A DNA stretch of 64,000 nt from a virus, in IMG/VR virus record IMGVR_UViG_3300020473_000016; one strand, given 5' to 3'. Below the pieces are notes generated by a model. The model saw nothing but the letters and a program-made list of their open reading frames with translations, searched no databases and was not told the origin of the DNA. Below, piece by piece: positions 46,617 to 57,318 of the stretch. A program made the translations under genes and the position numbers. Within the stretch, counting starts at the first letter, position 1, and each line of letters opens with the position of its first letter.

Positions 46617-47209
46617 AAACCTTGACCTTTACGAACATCTCTCATAAGTTTTGCTGCATCATCTGCACTTAGTAATCCAGTAAGAGCATTTTGAAATTCT
46701 CCCCACTTACCAGCTTTAGCATATCCTCTCATTTTACTAGCAGACATACCAGAAACATCATTATCATTATCAGGATCTCGTTCTCCTGCTGACTTAACCT
46801 CTATACTTTTAAAAGCATATTCTACTGTCTTATCTGGATCATTAGGATCTCTATTATACTTGTTTAATAAGGTAGTAAAGTCCTGAACTCTATCAGATCC
46901 AACAATCATACACACATCAGTATAACCATCAGGAGGTATTCCCTGAAAAGATTGCATGACCTTAATAATAACATTAAGATCTGGAGTACTTATAATATTA
47001 TCTGCATGTTTAGGAAACATCTTCTTCATCCATGCAAGTTTAATATCAATTTTCAATGGGTTCTTATCAGCTTTGAATGATCTGCTAGGAACAATACGAT
47101 AATCATCTTTTTGTCCTGCCTCTTTAGCCACTGCTTCTATAAGTTTCAAGTGTCCTGTAGTTGGTGGATTAAATCTACCAAATGTAAACACTATTCGTTT
47201 ACTTTGCAT
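46613..47209 (-). CDS. HxGH-type nucleotidyltransferase (cytidyltransferase-like)
   Basis: TFGRFNPPTTGH, KNPL, VGSDRV, SAGERDPD, GMSASKMR. Confidence 0.9.
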   Translation of the reverse strand: MQSKRIVFTFGRFNPPTTGHLKLIEAVAKEAGQKDDYRIVPSRSFKADKNPLKIDIKLAWMKKMFPKHADNIISTPDLNVIIKVMQSFQGIPPDGYTDVCMIVGSDRVQDFTTLLNKYNRDPNDPDKTVEYAFKSIEVKSAGERDPDNDNDVSGMSASKMRGYAKAGKWGEFQNALTGLLSADDAAKLMRDVRKGQGL

Positions 47210-48428
47210 CACCTTCCACCCATTTCTTAGTTGGAAGAGTATCCTTCTTGAAGTTAGCAGCACTAAATCTAGCACGTTCTACTAATTTACGAGCGTGTGT
47301 ACCGTCCCTTATTATAACATATCCTTCTGGAGATGTCATCTCAAGTCCATCCTCAGTTCTGAGATACGTACCAAATCTTTCTCCTTTCTCTAATTTCTTA
47401 ATAAAAATTGACTTAGAATTTTGTATGATTTTATAAAGATCAACAGCACTAGCTAAGGATGATTTATTCTTTTCAATTATATCAAGTCCATCGTACATCT
47501 TCTGAAGCTTTGCTGCCTTTGCTTTAGGTGTCTTTAGTTTACCAACTGCCTTACCTAGTTCTCCCTCCCAATAAGTTGTAAATTGTTTTACAAATAAATT
47601 ACCAGCAGGAACAGCAACTGCATCTCTAATATACTTATTAAAAAATACCTTCAACTTAGGTCCAACAGTTAATTGATCGTTTGCTTTAATCTGTTCAGAA
47701 ACAATATCTAAAAATGGAGAAGCACTATTAACAAGTCTAGTACTCTTTTGCTTTAACCCAATTAAAATATTCTTCTCTCCTTGTGTTAATAAAGTATCGT
47801 TACCAAGTTCTCCTGTCTCTGCACTGAGAACTAATATATCATCATGCTCTTTTAATTTAGATATATCAAATCCAAACTTAGCACTTAAAAATTCAATACT
47901 ACGTCCTTCATAAAATGTATGAAATACTACTCCTATCTTTGCTGCCTTAACTTTGTTGTATAAAGCATCTCCTTTAGCAACAGAATATGTAATAGTATTA
48001 GGTTTGAAAGTTATATTACTGACACCATTTATTATATCTGTTCCCTTATCATCAGTGAATAACAAATCTCCCTGTGCAACACCAGTAATACCTAGTTTAG
48101 GTAGATACTTTAAAGCATCTTTTAATTTCTTTACTAGTCCTGGAGCATGTCCATGATTACGTTCAATATCTTCATTAGTATAGTTAATCTTTGCATCCTT
48201 ATTAAAGACTGACTTAGTACCAACAAAAAAAGAATTTGTTCCTGGATATAATCCACAGAATATAGCAGGAGCACCATCCCATTTTGTAGTAACAGTAAAG
48301 TTACTGCTAGTATTACCACTAAATGATCGTGCAAGATCATCTAAGAATACAAAAGCATCCTTAGCACCTGCTGTACCATCAATTAAGATGCTATCTTCTA
48401 AGTGTTCTAGGTGAGTATTCTTAGACAT
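47199..48428 (-). CDS. Conserved protein with ligase-like nucleotidyltransferase motifs (DUF6267-like)
   Basis: TKWDGAPA, QGDLLF, EGYVI, RKLV resemble motifs I, III, IV, V. Confidence 0.65.
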   Translation of the reverse strand: MSKNTHLEHLEDSILIDGTAGAKDAFVFLDDLARSFSGNTSSNFTVTTKWDGAPAIFCGLYPGTNSFFVGTKSVFNKDAKINYTNEDIERNHGHAPGLVKKLKDALKYLPKLGITGVAQGDLLFTDDKGTDIINGVSNITFKPNTITYSVAKGDALYNKVKAAKIGVVFHTFYEGRSIEFLSAKFGFDISKLKEHDDILVLSAETGELGNDTLLTQGEKNILIGLKQKSTRLVNSASPFLDIVSEQIKANDQLTVGPKLKVFFNKYIRDAVAVPAGNLFVKQFTTYWEGELGKAVGKLKTPKAKAAKLQKMYDGLDIIEKNKSSLASAVDLYKIIQNSKSIFIKKLEKGERFGTYLRTEDGLEMTSPEGYVIIRDGTHARKLVERARFSAANFKKDTLPTKKWVEGDAK

Positions 48429-50137
48429 CAGTACAACTTTAAAAAAGGACCATATTGTTTACCTTCTTTCTTAGACATAAACACTAAGTCAGTAAGAAAC
48501 TCATTAATATTATCATCACCATCCTTATGAATAGAAAGTATAGTACATAACCATGCCATTTGCATGACTTTACTATTGGCAACATGAGGAGTATTTACTT
48601 GTGCTCCCATTATTCTATTGTAAGCATCTTCTGGTTTAACTCCATCTAAATCAACTCCTTGTTTGTCAAGGAACGTTGCCATTTCAGTAATCTTATCTTT
48701 CCATTCTAAAAATTCATCACCAGTATAAGGATATTCTGAGTTTGATTTCTCAAAATCTTTGTATTTTGGATTAAAATGTCTAGATCTATATGCTGTAATA
48801 AGTCCTTCAACATATTCTGCTGTTGCCTTACCTAATCTAGCAGCACCAAATCCTTTTTGAGTTGCTTCATATTTTAAATTATCTCTCTTAGTACTAGTGT
48901 TTGCTTTAACCTGAAACTTATACTGTGCGTCACCATCAACAACCCAAAGAATACTATCCTGAGTAGTAAATATCTCAGCACCTTCTTTAGTTTCTGTAGA
49001 TAATTTGCATACTGGTTTATAAGATCCAGTACCTAACTTAAATTGTTTACTCTCTAGTGATGCAAAGTAAGCATCATCAACGTTTACAAATTCCCACTTC
49101 GCTTCTTTCTGAGTAACCAACTTCAAAGATACTCCCCAGATCTCTTTGTCCTTAAACAACTGTCTCATCTTAGCATTAAACTGATCTATCTTTGATGCAA
49201 ACAATCTCTTTCTAAAACTTGTACTTCCAGTAGCAGGTGAACTCATTAGAGATCTAAGAGTTCTGATATGTTGATTCTGATTTTTTATCAACCATATATC
49301 AGCAGGGTTCCAATTATCTTTTCCTTTAATTCCTGAAGGATTTTTGGAACCTATCCATTCATCGGTGATAAACTTCATGAAATCACCATCACGTTGAAAC
49401 TCTTCAAATTGATTACTACCTGAGCATGAAGCAAGAGCTGCCAACAATGCTTTCTGTTGTTTAAAGAAGTTCTCTATCCATCCCATGTCACATGGAACTC
49501 CTGCTACTGATTGCCATTCACGATCTAACTCTTCCCTACATGGTTTATGATTTGCAATGTCTATTGCATTCTTAGGATTTTTAAGATTGCCTATAATAAC
49601 ATGTCTAAAAACAATAGCAGAACCAGTCTCTTGTAATTTTGTCATAGCAGCAGCAGAAACTTTTGCACTACCTTCTGTCTTACCGCTTGCTATAAATCTT
49701 ATTATCTGATATCTTTCCTTTACATCTCTTCTAGTATTGTCACTTGGTTGCCACTCACTAGTCCATGGCCACATTGTATCAACATATAAATCACCCTCAG
49801 AAGGAGGTTTTGCTGCACCTTTATATGCTTCAAATTTAGTATTGGTATTTTGACTAGTGCCACCAGGCAAAAACTTTTTCCATCTAACATCCTTATTATA
49901 AAGAAGATTTATAGAATCCACAATATGTTGAGGACATTTTATCTTTATCATCTTTATTTTATTTTGTTTGCCAGCAAAATTAGGAGTCCTAAAATTTTCT
50001 TCCAAGAACCACTGGTTATAATTACCAGTCATCTGAGCAATTCTAGTCCACCTATCTCTAGAAAATTTCCCTCCCCTACCAGCAGGGAATCCATTTTTAA
50101 TTTGTTGATTTGTATGGATGTTATTAAAAGCCATCAA
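48428..50137 (-). CDS. Large putative PD-(D/E)XK-like nuclease
   Basis: QETGS..WNPADIWL..IWGVSLK pattern. Confidence 0.55.
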   Translation of the reverse strand: MMAFNNIHTNQQIKNGFPAGRGGKFSRDRWTRIAQMTGNYNQWFLEENFRTPNFAGKQNKIKMIKIKCPQHIVDSINLLYNKDVRWKKFLPGGTSQNTNTKFEAYKGAAKPPSEGDLYVDTMWPWTSEWQPSDNTRRDVKERYQIIRFIASGKTEGSAKVSAAAMTKLQETGSAIVFRHVIIGNLKNPKNAIDIANHKPCREELDREWQSVAGVPCDMGWIENFFKQQKALLAALASCSGSNQFEEFQRDGDFMKFITDEWIGSKNPSGIKGKDNWNPADIWLIKNQNQHIRTLRSLMSSPATGSTSFRKRLFASKIDQFNAKMRQLFKDKEIWGVSLKLVTQKEAKWEFVNVDDAYFASLESKQFKLGTGSYKPVCKLSTETKEGAEIFTTQDSILWVVDGDAQYKFQVKANTSTKRDNLKYEATQKGFGAARLGKATAEYVEGLITAYRSRHFNPKYKDFEKSNSEYPYTGDEFLEWKDKITEMATFLDKQGVDLDGVKPEDAYNRIMGAQVNTPHVANSKVMQMAWLCTILSIHKDGDDNINEFLTDLVFMSKKEGKQYGPFLKLY

Positions 50138-50156
50138 TCAAAGGTATATCCTTTGA

Positions 50157-50354
50157 CTATTTAGATTCTAACTCCTCATCTAATACTTCTAGCATATCAT
50201 TTACTGCTATAAGATTATCTATATCAAATAAGTACGAAGCAATATGCTTACTAATATATGGTTTCTCATTACGTGCTGCAAATGCAAGTGCATTCTTTAA
50301 ACATGCTTGAGCCTCTCTAAGAGACTCTTCTACTTGACCTGTTAATGGCATCAA
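50157..50354 (-). CDS. Hypothetical protein
   Basis: VEESLREAQ..NALAFAARNEKP motif. Confidence 0.6.
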   Translation of the reverse strand: MMPLTGQVEESLREAQACLKNALAFAARNEKPYISKHIASYLFDIDNLIAVNDMLEVLDEELESK

Positions 50355-50761
50355 CGATCCCCCTTTGCTCTTACTTCAGATTTCTCTACACTAAATTTTC
50401 CACCAGGATATCTCTTCTCTAGTTTCTTAACATTACCTCGCACAACGTCGTCGAAAGATACGTCCAAAGCCATACAAGCTTGTGCCACATACCACATAAC
50501 ATCACCCAACTCAATAATAAGATGCTCTCTGTTATCGTTGTTCCAAGGCTTTCCCTGAAATACCATTTTTTTAACGATCTCCAGAAACTCTCCAGACTCA
50601 GCAGCAAGCCCAACGCCAGCAGTGGTAAGACGTTCAATATTTGCACCTTGTCTGTCAAGTTCACCCAGACGGTCAGCAAGACTGACAAAATCCTTAGAAC
50701 TATCGCTTGTGACAGCATCCACGAAATGAGAGTACTTATCAAAGTCAACATTATTAGTCAT
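50351..50761 (-). CDS. mazG: MazG-like NTP pyrophosphohydrolase
   Basis: GLAAESGEFLEIVKK..ELGDVMWY..N.KKLEKRYP. Confidence 0.93.
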   Translation of the reverse strand: MTNNVDFDKYSHFVDAVTSDSSKDFVSLADRLGELDRQGANIERLTTAGVGLAAESGEFLEIVKKMVFQGKPWNNDNREHLIIELGDVMWYVAQACMALDVSFDDVVRGNVKKLEKRYPGGKFSVEKSEVRAKGDR

Positions 50762-50764
50762 AGT

Positions 50765-52141
50765 TTATACGTTCCATTCAGCAAATTTAGATAATCGGTT
50801 TTGTGTCTCAGAGAACTGAGGCATCTCCTCTTCTTCTACATCAATAACAGATGTACTATCAGCAACATCATACAACCTCATCTTAGATCTGTCAATACCT
50901 ACCATAAACTTTCTAGATGAGGTCGGGTCGTTGTACCTGTTTTTGAGTTGTTTAACCATAATCCTACCTTGTTGTTCAAGTTCCTCAGTACTGATAAGGG
51001 CAAACATAAGATCAGCAGTGGCAGGGAGACCAAAAGACTCAGAAGTATCGGTAAGGTCAGGATCACTATTGCCATAACCACTCCTAGTAGTTTGAGTAGC
51101 TGAAACAATAGGTAAGTTGTGTTCCACAGCAAGACCGCGAAGCTCCTCCGCAATCGCCTTAACATACGTATACGAGTTAACAATAGCACCTTTATACCTC
51201 ACGCTTGCACATATATTTAAGTAATCTACAAAGATTATATCGGGTTTGAAACTTTTCTTTAAAGATAGATCAGATAAGAGTGCCTTAAAATGACCTGCAT
51301 GTGCAGATGCTGTAGGGTACTCTTTTATAATCAACTTACCCTGAGTCTTACGAGTAATCTCTTGGACTTTGGAGTTGTATATAACTTCTGGAAGTTCTGG
51401 AATGTCCCTTATATTTACATTGAGAAGATTTGCATCAATTCGCTCTGCAATTTTCTCCTCTGCCATTTCGCATGTAATGTATAATACGTTCCGTCCTTGC
51501 AACAAGACGGAGCTAGCCATATGGCACATGAATAAACTTTTCCCGACACCTGTACCAGCAAGAGCGATATTAAGAGTCTTGTTAGGGATCCCACCTTTCG
51601 TAATATAGTTAAACTTTTCCAGATCAAACGGAATTTTTTCCTCGACCTTGTGGTAAAATTCATATCTATCTTTTGATTGTTCAATGTAATCATGTCCGAT
51701 GTGTTCATCAAAAGAGACAGCCAAAGCATCCTGAAGGATGCTAGGAATAGCACCCTTGTCCAACTTGCTGTCTCCACCGTCAGCAATCTTTATTGATTGC
51801 ATCAACGCCAAGTATATAGCACGATCCTGACACCACTTTTCTGTGGCATCTAAGACCCAATCAAAGTCAACCCATTCATCAGTTAAACTCTTTACAGTTG
51901 CAACAGCGTTGTTGAAGGATTCTTCTGTAAGATCTGTACGATTTTGTAGATTTATTAAAAGAACTTCTTGTGTTGGAACCTTGTCATACTTTCCAGAAAA
52001 ATCTTGAATCTCTTCAAAGATTATTTTTTCATCATGTTCTTGAAAGTAATCAGCTTTAAGAAAGGGTACTACTTTACGGTAGTACTCCTCTGTGAATAAT
52101 AAGTTTCTTAGTATTGTTAGTTCAATACGTTCAGTTGCCAT
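50765..52141 (-). CDS. gp41: Replicative DNA helicase
   Basis: [41 protein letters not shown]. Confidence 0.97.
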   Translation of the reverse strand: MATERIELTILRNLLFTEEYYRKVVPFLKADYFQEHDEKIIFEEIQDFSGKYDKVPTQEVLLINLQNRTDLTEESFNNAVATVKSLTDEWVDFDWVLDATEKWCQDRAIYLALMQSIKIADGGDSKLDKGAIPSILQDALAVSFDEHIGHDYIEQSKDRYEFYHKVEEKIPFDLEKFNYITKGGIPNKTLNIALAGTGVGKSLFMCHMASSVLLQGRNVLYITCEMAEEKIAERIDANLLNVNIRDIPELPEVIYNSKVQEITRKTQGKLIIKEYPTASAHAGHFKALLSDLSLKKSFKPDIIFVDYLNICASVRYKGAIVNSYTYVKAIAEELRGLAVEHNLPIVSATQTTRSGYGNSDPDLTDTSESFGLPATADLMFALISTEELEQQGRIMVKQLKNRYNDPTSSRKFMVGIDRSKMRLYDVADSTSVIDVEEEEMPQFSETQNRLSKFAEWNV

Positions 52142-53147
52142 AACTATATTCCGTTCGTGCTGCTTCTTCTAGTTTTGCCATCACTTCCTCTGTGAAGTAT
52201 TTTGTAGGATCAGAGAGTATAGATTTAGGGTAAACATTAGCACCACCAATTTTGATACGGTTGCCCACCCTATTGAATACTCCGTACTTCTCACCAAGCT
52301 CCAAGAGTCCATAATAGCGGTCAAGTCCACGTTCGTCAAAGTATAATCTGGTAGCAACTTTAGAACCCTCCTGTGTAAATCTAGATTTTTTTGCTTCGCA
52401 CTTAATGATGTTACCCACCAGTTCAGTACCATCCTTCTCTTTCGATTTGGATAGGTATATTATAGTCGATGCAGCATACTTTAGTCCACTACCACCGCCC
52501 ATTTCTTTAGCTGGCACATAGCTTCCAATCACATCATATGTGTGATTAGTGACAAGCATGGGTATCCCTGCCTGTCCTAGTTTCAAGGTCAGTACTCTAA
52601 AAGCACCCTTGATCAACTGTGATTTGGTCATATCTCTGACCTGTTTATCATTAGAGATGTCTTCCATCTCCTTTGATGTACTCAACATACCAAGACTGTC
52701 AAGAACAAACATCAATGGTTGACGCTGCTCCTTTGGTTCTTTCATATATTTGTCAACGATCCTCGTTGCTTGAGTCCTGAACTCTTCTATCGTAGCAACA
52801 GGGAAAATTACCATACGACTGGAATCAATTCCCCTAGACTCAATGATGTCCTTGCTGAGAGCAGATTCAGACTCAAAATAAATAACCCCACCGTTGCTAT
52901 GGTTATCAAGAAAGTTACGTACAACACTGAGTGCAAAGAAAGTCTTTCCTGTTGAGGATTCTCCTGCGAGTGCTGTGACTTTATTAGAAGGGATTCCCCC
53001 GAATAGAGAACCACTAACGACAGCGTTGAAAATATAGCTACCAGTATCAACAAAACTGGATGTATCTCCAGCAGCGACTCCATCGCTGACGAGGCTAGCA
53101 AATTCATTTCCACTATCTTTAATTACATTATCTAAGAACGTCGCCAT
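52131..53147 (-). CDS. uvsX: RecA-like recombinase
   Basis: [33 protein letters not shown]. Confidence 0.95.
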   Translation of the reverse strand: MATFLDNVIKDSGNEFASLVSDGVAAGDTSSFVDTGSYIFNAVVSGSLFGGIPSNKVTALAGESSTGKTFFALSVVRNFLDNHSNGGVIYFESESALSKDIIESRGIDSSRMVIFPVATIEEFRTQATRIVDKYMKEPKEQRQPLMFVLDSLGMLSTSKEMEDISNDKQVRDMTKSQLIKGAFRVLTLKLGQAGIPMLVTNHTYDVIGSYVPAKEMGGGSGLKYAASTIIYLSKSKEKDGTELVGNIIKCEAKKSRFTQEGSKVATRLYFDERGLDRYYGLLELGEKYGVFNRVGNRIKIGGANVYPKSILSDPTKYFTEEVMAKLEEAARTEYSYGN

Positions 53148-53311
53148 TCATTTACCTCACTTTCGTACATTCTAACATAGTCATGGTCTTTCGACAAGAG
53201 CTTAGCATAAGCTTCTGCTGTTATCTTTTCTTCAAAAACCCTTATCTGTTCTGCTTCAAGTGCTTCAACTTGAGCATCTTGATAAGTGACAGTCCAAACT
53301 GTTTTACTCAT
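53132..53311 (-). CDS. Small hypothetical protein
   Basis: [10 protein letters not shown]..; TAATG coupling to gp43 stop. Confidence 0.55.
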   Translation of the reverse strand: MSKTVWTVTYQDAQVEALEAEQIRVFEEKITAEAYAKLLSKDHDYVRMYESEVNEWRRS

Positions 53312-55797
53312 TAAAAGAAACTCCCTAGTGTGATTTTTTTCTCGTGCGTCCAACCTACACAGTCTAGCACATTTATTAATGGATTCAAGAAACTCTTCTC
53401 AAATTGTGTTTTATAGTCAACATACTTCTCAAGACCAAACTCTTCAGGGAGATCCCCAAAGAAACTAATTACATCTTCATGTATTGGATTAGGTGTCTTA
53501 AGGTACATAAACTTAATCTTCTCACCCTCCTGTATCAGGGGATGTTTATTTTCTATCTTATGTTTTTTAACATAATGGTTGTATAGTAAAGCACCTCTTA
53601 CATGGATCGGTGTCCTTTCTGTATAGATGTTAGTTCTGTGGCGATACTTTTCAAGGTTGTTAACGCCTCGTGGGAATGCGACTTCCTCATAAGGTCGTTC
53701 TCTGGTTTCTGTTCTGACATCATTGATAAAAGAGATAAGTTCATCATTTGTTTTGCCGATAATGATCTTGAAAGCTGCATATAATTTATCCCTAAAGTAT
53801 TGAGGTGTTGATGACCTCGCTGTTTCCAACCCCATAATTTTCATCTTGGGTTCTTTATACCTGACTCCTTCTGAGTCCCATACATTTAATATGTATCTCT
53901 TCTTGGCAGTCCATATTCCACGATCAGCAATGTTCTCTCGCTTCATGATCATTTTTTGATCATACGCCGATACATACGTTGCAAGCTCCTGATACGAGGC
54001 ATCAATGAACGGTTCCAACTTATCTTTGCAGATCTTGTCAAGTAGCTCCACGATCCGAATCTTATCACTAGACTTATTACCAAAAAATTTATCAACAACA
54101 GGTCCGAGATTAAGATATATTGAGTCAGTGTCAGATGCAATGACATAATCTACCTTATCTGTAGATAGCAATCTATTTAGATAACCATTCATCTTGTTCT
54201 CAATCCATCTAATTGAGACTTGACCTGATAACGTAATAGCCTCAGCATTTGCTAACCTATAATACCTGAAGTGCTCATTACCGATAGCACCATAAGCACT
54301 ATTAAGAGATATCTTCTTTGCCATTTGGATGTTGTTACATCTAGCGATCTCTTTAATGAGTTCATTAGAAGGTTTCTTTTCGTAATCCTGCTTTGCTTTA
54401 AGCATCTTCTTCTTAAAGATGACCCTCTCTTCATACATCTTATCCATAAGTTCAGGAAGGAATCCTCGTACATCCTTCCGATATTGAGCTCCATTCGCAC
54501 AAACTGCATAAGTCCCATCAATCTCTACCTCTTTCTTTAAGATCCCTTCAACATTGGCACTACTGTGTCTAGTCTCCCAGAGGGTCTCTGGTGAGATATT
54601 GTATTGCATAATAAGATGAGGATAGAGGCTATTGAGATCAAAATTAACAACCCAATCATAGCGTCCTGGTTTCGGTTCCTTGACATAAGCTCCTGCATAC
54701 TGTGAGTCTTTCGTTGCTTCCTTCTTAGGAGGAATTGCTATCTTACGTTTAGTTAGTTCGTGGTATATGTAGTTATCCCACATACGAACCTGACTAAACA
54801 CATCTTCATAATTAACCTTAGCATCATATGCCATAGTAAATGCTAGGTCAAGTAACTTCATCTTATCATCAAGTTTATCCACCAACCTAACGTCATGGAT
54901 GTTGTACTCAATAAATTTCTGCCAGTCATTCTCATAGAACTCTTTGAATGTATCAAACTCAGAGTGATCTAACTTTCTCGCTCCAAGTTCAACCATACAA
55001 ATGTGATCAAGTCTATAACTCTCTTGATTCTGATAAGTAAACTTCCTATACAAATCAAGATAATCTAATGTAGATATACCAAGTGTATCTACCGCCCATT
55101 GCTTACGACCTTTAATAAAGATCTCTCTCTTAGATACTAATCTCCATGGAGAAAGAAGTTTAACTGCCTTCTCTCCCAATATTCTTTCTACACGATTAGC
55201 AATGTACGGCATATCGAATAACTGTACATTCCATCCTGTAACTACGTCAGGATAATTGTCCTGCCAATAACCTAGAAAGGCATTAAGCATTCCTTCTTCT
55301 GATCTGAAGTGCATGTAATCAACTTCAGAATCTTTATTGTCAAAAGGTCTAGCACCCCAGACAGTAATGCGACCAGTAAAGGAATCCTTAATACTGATCG
55401 CTAATATCTCTTGGTCTGCTGATTCTATATCAGGAAATCCATTCTCTGCTGCTGTCTCAATGTCAATTGTAAAGACACGAATCTTTGAGGTATCAAACTT
55501 AATATGCTCCTCTGGATGTTCCGTTGCCATATACTGATACAGGAACCTTGTGTTTCCATGTATCTCAAAATTAGGAACTTCCTTATACTGTTTTACAAAT
55601 TCTCTTGCTTCAGTTATAGAACCAAACTGATGTGGTTCTACTGGTTTATTATCTAATGTCCTCCACTCAGAATAATTCTTAGAAGGCAAATATAGCGTGG
55701 GGTTGAAAGGAACCCTCACGCTATATCTGTTACCATTATCATAACCACGCACTAGCAAACGATTGCCAGCTTGTTCAACGCTTGTGTAGAACTTCAT
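53311..55797 (-). CDS. gp43: Family B DNA polymerase
   Basis: DIET exonuclease I, FDLNSLYP, KISLNSAYG, SDTDS; no intein visible. Confidence 0.98.
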   Translation of the reverse strand: MKFYTSVEQAGNRLLVRGYDNGNRYSVRVPFNPTLYLPSKNYSEWRTLDNKPVEPHQFGSITEAREFVKQYKEVPNFEIHGNTRFLYQYMATEHPEEHIKFDTSKIRVFTIDIETAAENGFPDIESADQEILAISIKDSFTGRITVWGARPFDNKDSEVDYMHFRSEEGMLNAFLGYWQDNYPDVVTGWNVQLFDMPYIANRVERILGEKAVKLLSPWRLVSKREIFIKGRKQWAVDTLGISTLDYLDLYRKFTYQNQESYRLDHICMVELGARKLDHSEFDTFKEFYENDWQKFIEYNIHDVRLVDKLDDKMKLLDLAFTMAYDAKVNYEDVFSQVRMWDNYIYHELTKRKIAIPPKKEATKDSQYAGAYVKEPKPGRYDWVVNFDLNSLYPHLIMQYNISPETLWETRHSSANVEGILKKEVEIDGTYAVCANGAQYRKDVRGFLPELMDKMYEERVIFKKKMLKAKQDYEKKPSNELIKEIARCNNIQMAKKISLNSAYGAIGNEHFRYYRLANAEAITLSGQVSIRWIENKMNGYLNRLLSTDKVDYVIASDTDSIYLNLGPVVDKFFGNKSSDKIRIVELLDKICKDKLEPFIDASYQELATYVSAYDQKMIMKRENIADRGIWTAKKRYILNVWDSEGVRYKEPKMKIMGLETARSSTPQYFRDKLYAAFKIIIGKTNDELISFINDVRTETRERPYEEVAFPRGVNNLEKYRHRTNIYTERTPIHVRGALLYNHYVKKHKIENKHPLIQEGEKIKFMYLKTPNPIHEDVISFFGDLPEEFGLEKYVDYKTQFEKSFLNPLINVLDCVGWTHEKKITLGSFF

Positions 55798-56066
55798 TCA
55801 CTCAACACTTCTGGTGTGTAACTGTAGTACTTGGAAAGGGTCTCCTTACCAGGTTCTACAAATGTTATTATATCAGAAGAACGGACAATTGTCTCCTTTT
55901 CATCCGCAAATGGTAGCCAGTCTTTTAACTGTCCACCATCCCATAACATTGGTTCTACTAGAATGCAATCAGGATCACCAAATTGTGCTCCTTCAATCTC
56001 CTCCACCTTCGCCAGTATCCACTGGTTCTTCAGTAGCATCATCTTCAGGACTTGATTCTCCTCCAT
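55794..56066 (-). CDS. Hypothetical protein (paralog 3 of tandem triplet)
   Basis: ILAKVEE..CILVEP..WLPF. Confidence 0.6.
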   Translation of the reverse strand: MEENQVLKMMLLKNQWILAKVEEIEGAQFGDPDCILVEPMLWDGGQLKDWLPFADEKETIVRSSDIITFVEPGKETLSKYYSYTPEVLSE

Positions 56067-56421
56067 TATTTACCTCAAAAAAGATTTGTTCTTCTGTTAG
56101 ACCTACTTGTTTCAGTCTATTTACATAATTATCTAGTATACCATTATCGGGTAGGACAACACTAATGATATGTTCTCCACCGATTTTGTGTTCTTCCACA
56201 GGACTATATGGACACCACCTCTCATAACGAATAGGAATTGTTCCATCATCATTAACCTCACCTAACGATAAGGCATAAGGATAGAGAAGCCTGTAACCAA
56301 TAACCCTTTGTTCTTCATCCTCAGTGCGTATTTCACCAAAGATAGTTAGAACCCTCTCAGAGGTGTCGAGAGTGACTACTCGTACATTATGATTAGTCCT
56401 TAGTTCAATTTGTTCCGTCAT
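55993..56421 (-). CDS. Hypothetical protein (paralog 2 of tandem triplet)
   Basis: VVTLDTSERVL..E..YRLLYPY..RWCPYS. Confidence 0.6.
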   Translation of the reverse strand: MTEQIELRTNHNVRVVTLDTSERVLTIFGEIRTEDEEQRVIGYRLLYPYALSLGEVNDDGTIPIRYERWCPYSPVEEHKIGGEHIISVVLPDNGILDNYVNRLKQVGLTEEQIFFEVNNGGESSPEDDATEEPVDTGEGGGD

Positions 56422-56779
56422 GTATCTCCTTTGTTAGTTTTAATGAACTTTCTAATTCAACTTCACGTTTTTCTTTGATCTTTTGTTCGTATGACGTTTG
56501 TAATCCTGGTTCAGGATTGCTAATAGTCATAACTGCATCATAAGGCATCTTAAATTGCCAGTCAGATGAATAAGGATTCCACTTGCTAAAGCGTACCTTA
56601 TATTCTGCACCTAGTTGTTCAGTGAGATACTGTGGTTCTTGAGTATCTAAGTGTAGGACGTATGGATCTTCCATAAGAAGACATACACCCTTCTTATCAT
56701 CCCCTTCTCCATCATATATTTCCTTGAGTTCCGTTATAACACGTTCCCCAGTTCTAAGGGTTATTACTTGACAGGCCAT
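56405..56779 (-). CDS. Hypothetical protein (paralog 1 of tandem triplet)
   Basis: VITLRTGERVITELKE..LLMEDPY..KWNPYS. Confidence 0.65.
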   Translation of the reverse strand: MACQVITLRTGERVITELKEIYDGEGDDKKGVCLLMEDPYVLHLDTQEPQYLTEQLGAEYKVRFSKWNPYSSDWQFKMPYDAVMTISNPEPGLQTSYEQKIKEKREVELESSLKLTKEIHDGTN

Positions 56780-56808
56780 ATCTTATTCACGCTGTGTACA
56801 CTATAGCA

Positions 56809-57261
56809 TTAAGAAACAGAAGAGTCAAGCTTCTTAAGTTCTTTTCCGAACCAAAGCTTTTTCTTCTGTGCTTCAGGTATATACTTCTCTAGTACAACAG
56901 TAAGCAAACCGTCTTGGAATGTTACTTCCTTAACTTCTACGTCTGCTCCCATCTGCCATTGCCTTTGGAATGATCTAGATGCTATACCTCTATGTTTATA
57001 ATTCTGTTCTTTCTCTTTCTTTGGATATGCTGAAACGTTTAGAACATTCCTTTCTGTTGAGACTTCGATATCATCTCCTGAAAATCCAGCAAGAGCGATT
57101 TCCAAACTGGTTCTACCATCAGGTCCATTAATGACGTTGTAAGGTGGATAGTTACTTCCTGCTGTTGCGATAGACTCAAGTCTCTGAAATGTTTCATCAA
57201 AACCAATAGAAAATGGTGTGTAATGATCCCATACGAAATGGGATAGGTCTTTGTTACCCAT
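56809..57261 (-). CDS. hsp20: Small heat-shock protein
   Basis: NYPPYNV, EIALAGF, HRGIASRSF.R.W, DGLL.V.L. Confidence 0.95.
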   Translation of the reverse strand: MGNKDLSHFVWDHYTPFSIGFDETFQRLESIATAGSNYPPYNVINGPDGRTSLEIALAGFSGDDIEVSTERNVLNVSAYPKKEKEQNYKHRGIASRSFQRQWQMGADVEVKEVTFQDGLLTVVLEKYIPEAQKKKLWFGKELKKLDSSVS

Positions 57262-57318
57262 GATTCTTAGCTCCTTTTATAAGCGAGTTTGTGTTGTGCG
57301 GATCCCGAAGGCATCCAT
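57262..57318 (-). promoter_or_regulatory. ROSE-like RNA thermometer in hsp20 5' UTR
   Basis: CUCGCUU-auaa-AAGGAG hairpin with a bulged G pairing the SD; upstream UUCG-capped hairpin; TGtTATAAT extended -10 at 57324-57332. Confidence 0.6.

Noticed and set aside
53311-55797. Intein or split polymerase
   Set aside because: Normal length, all motifs contiguous
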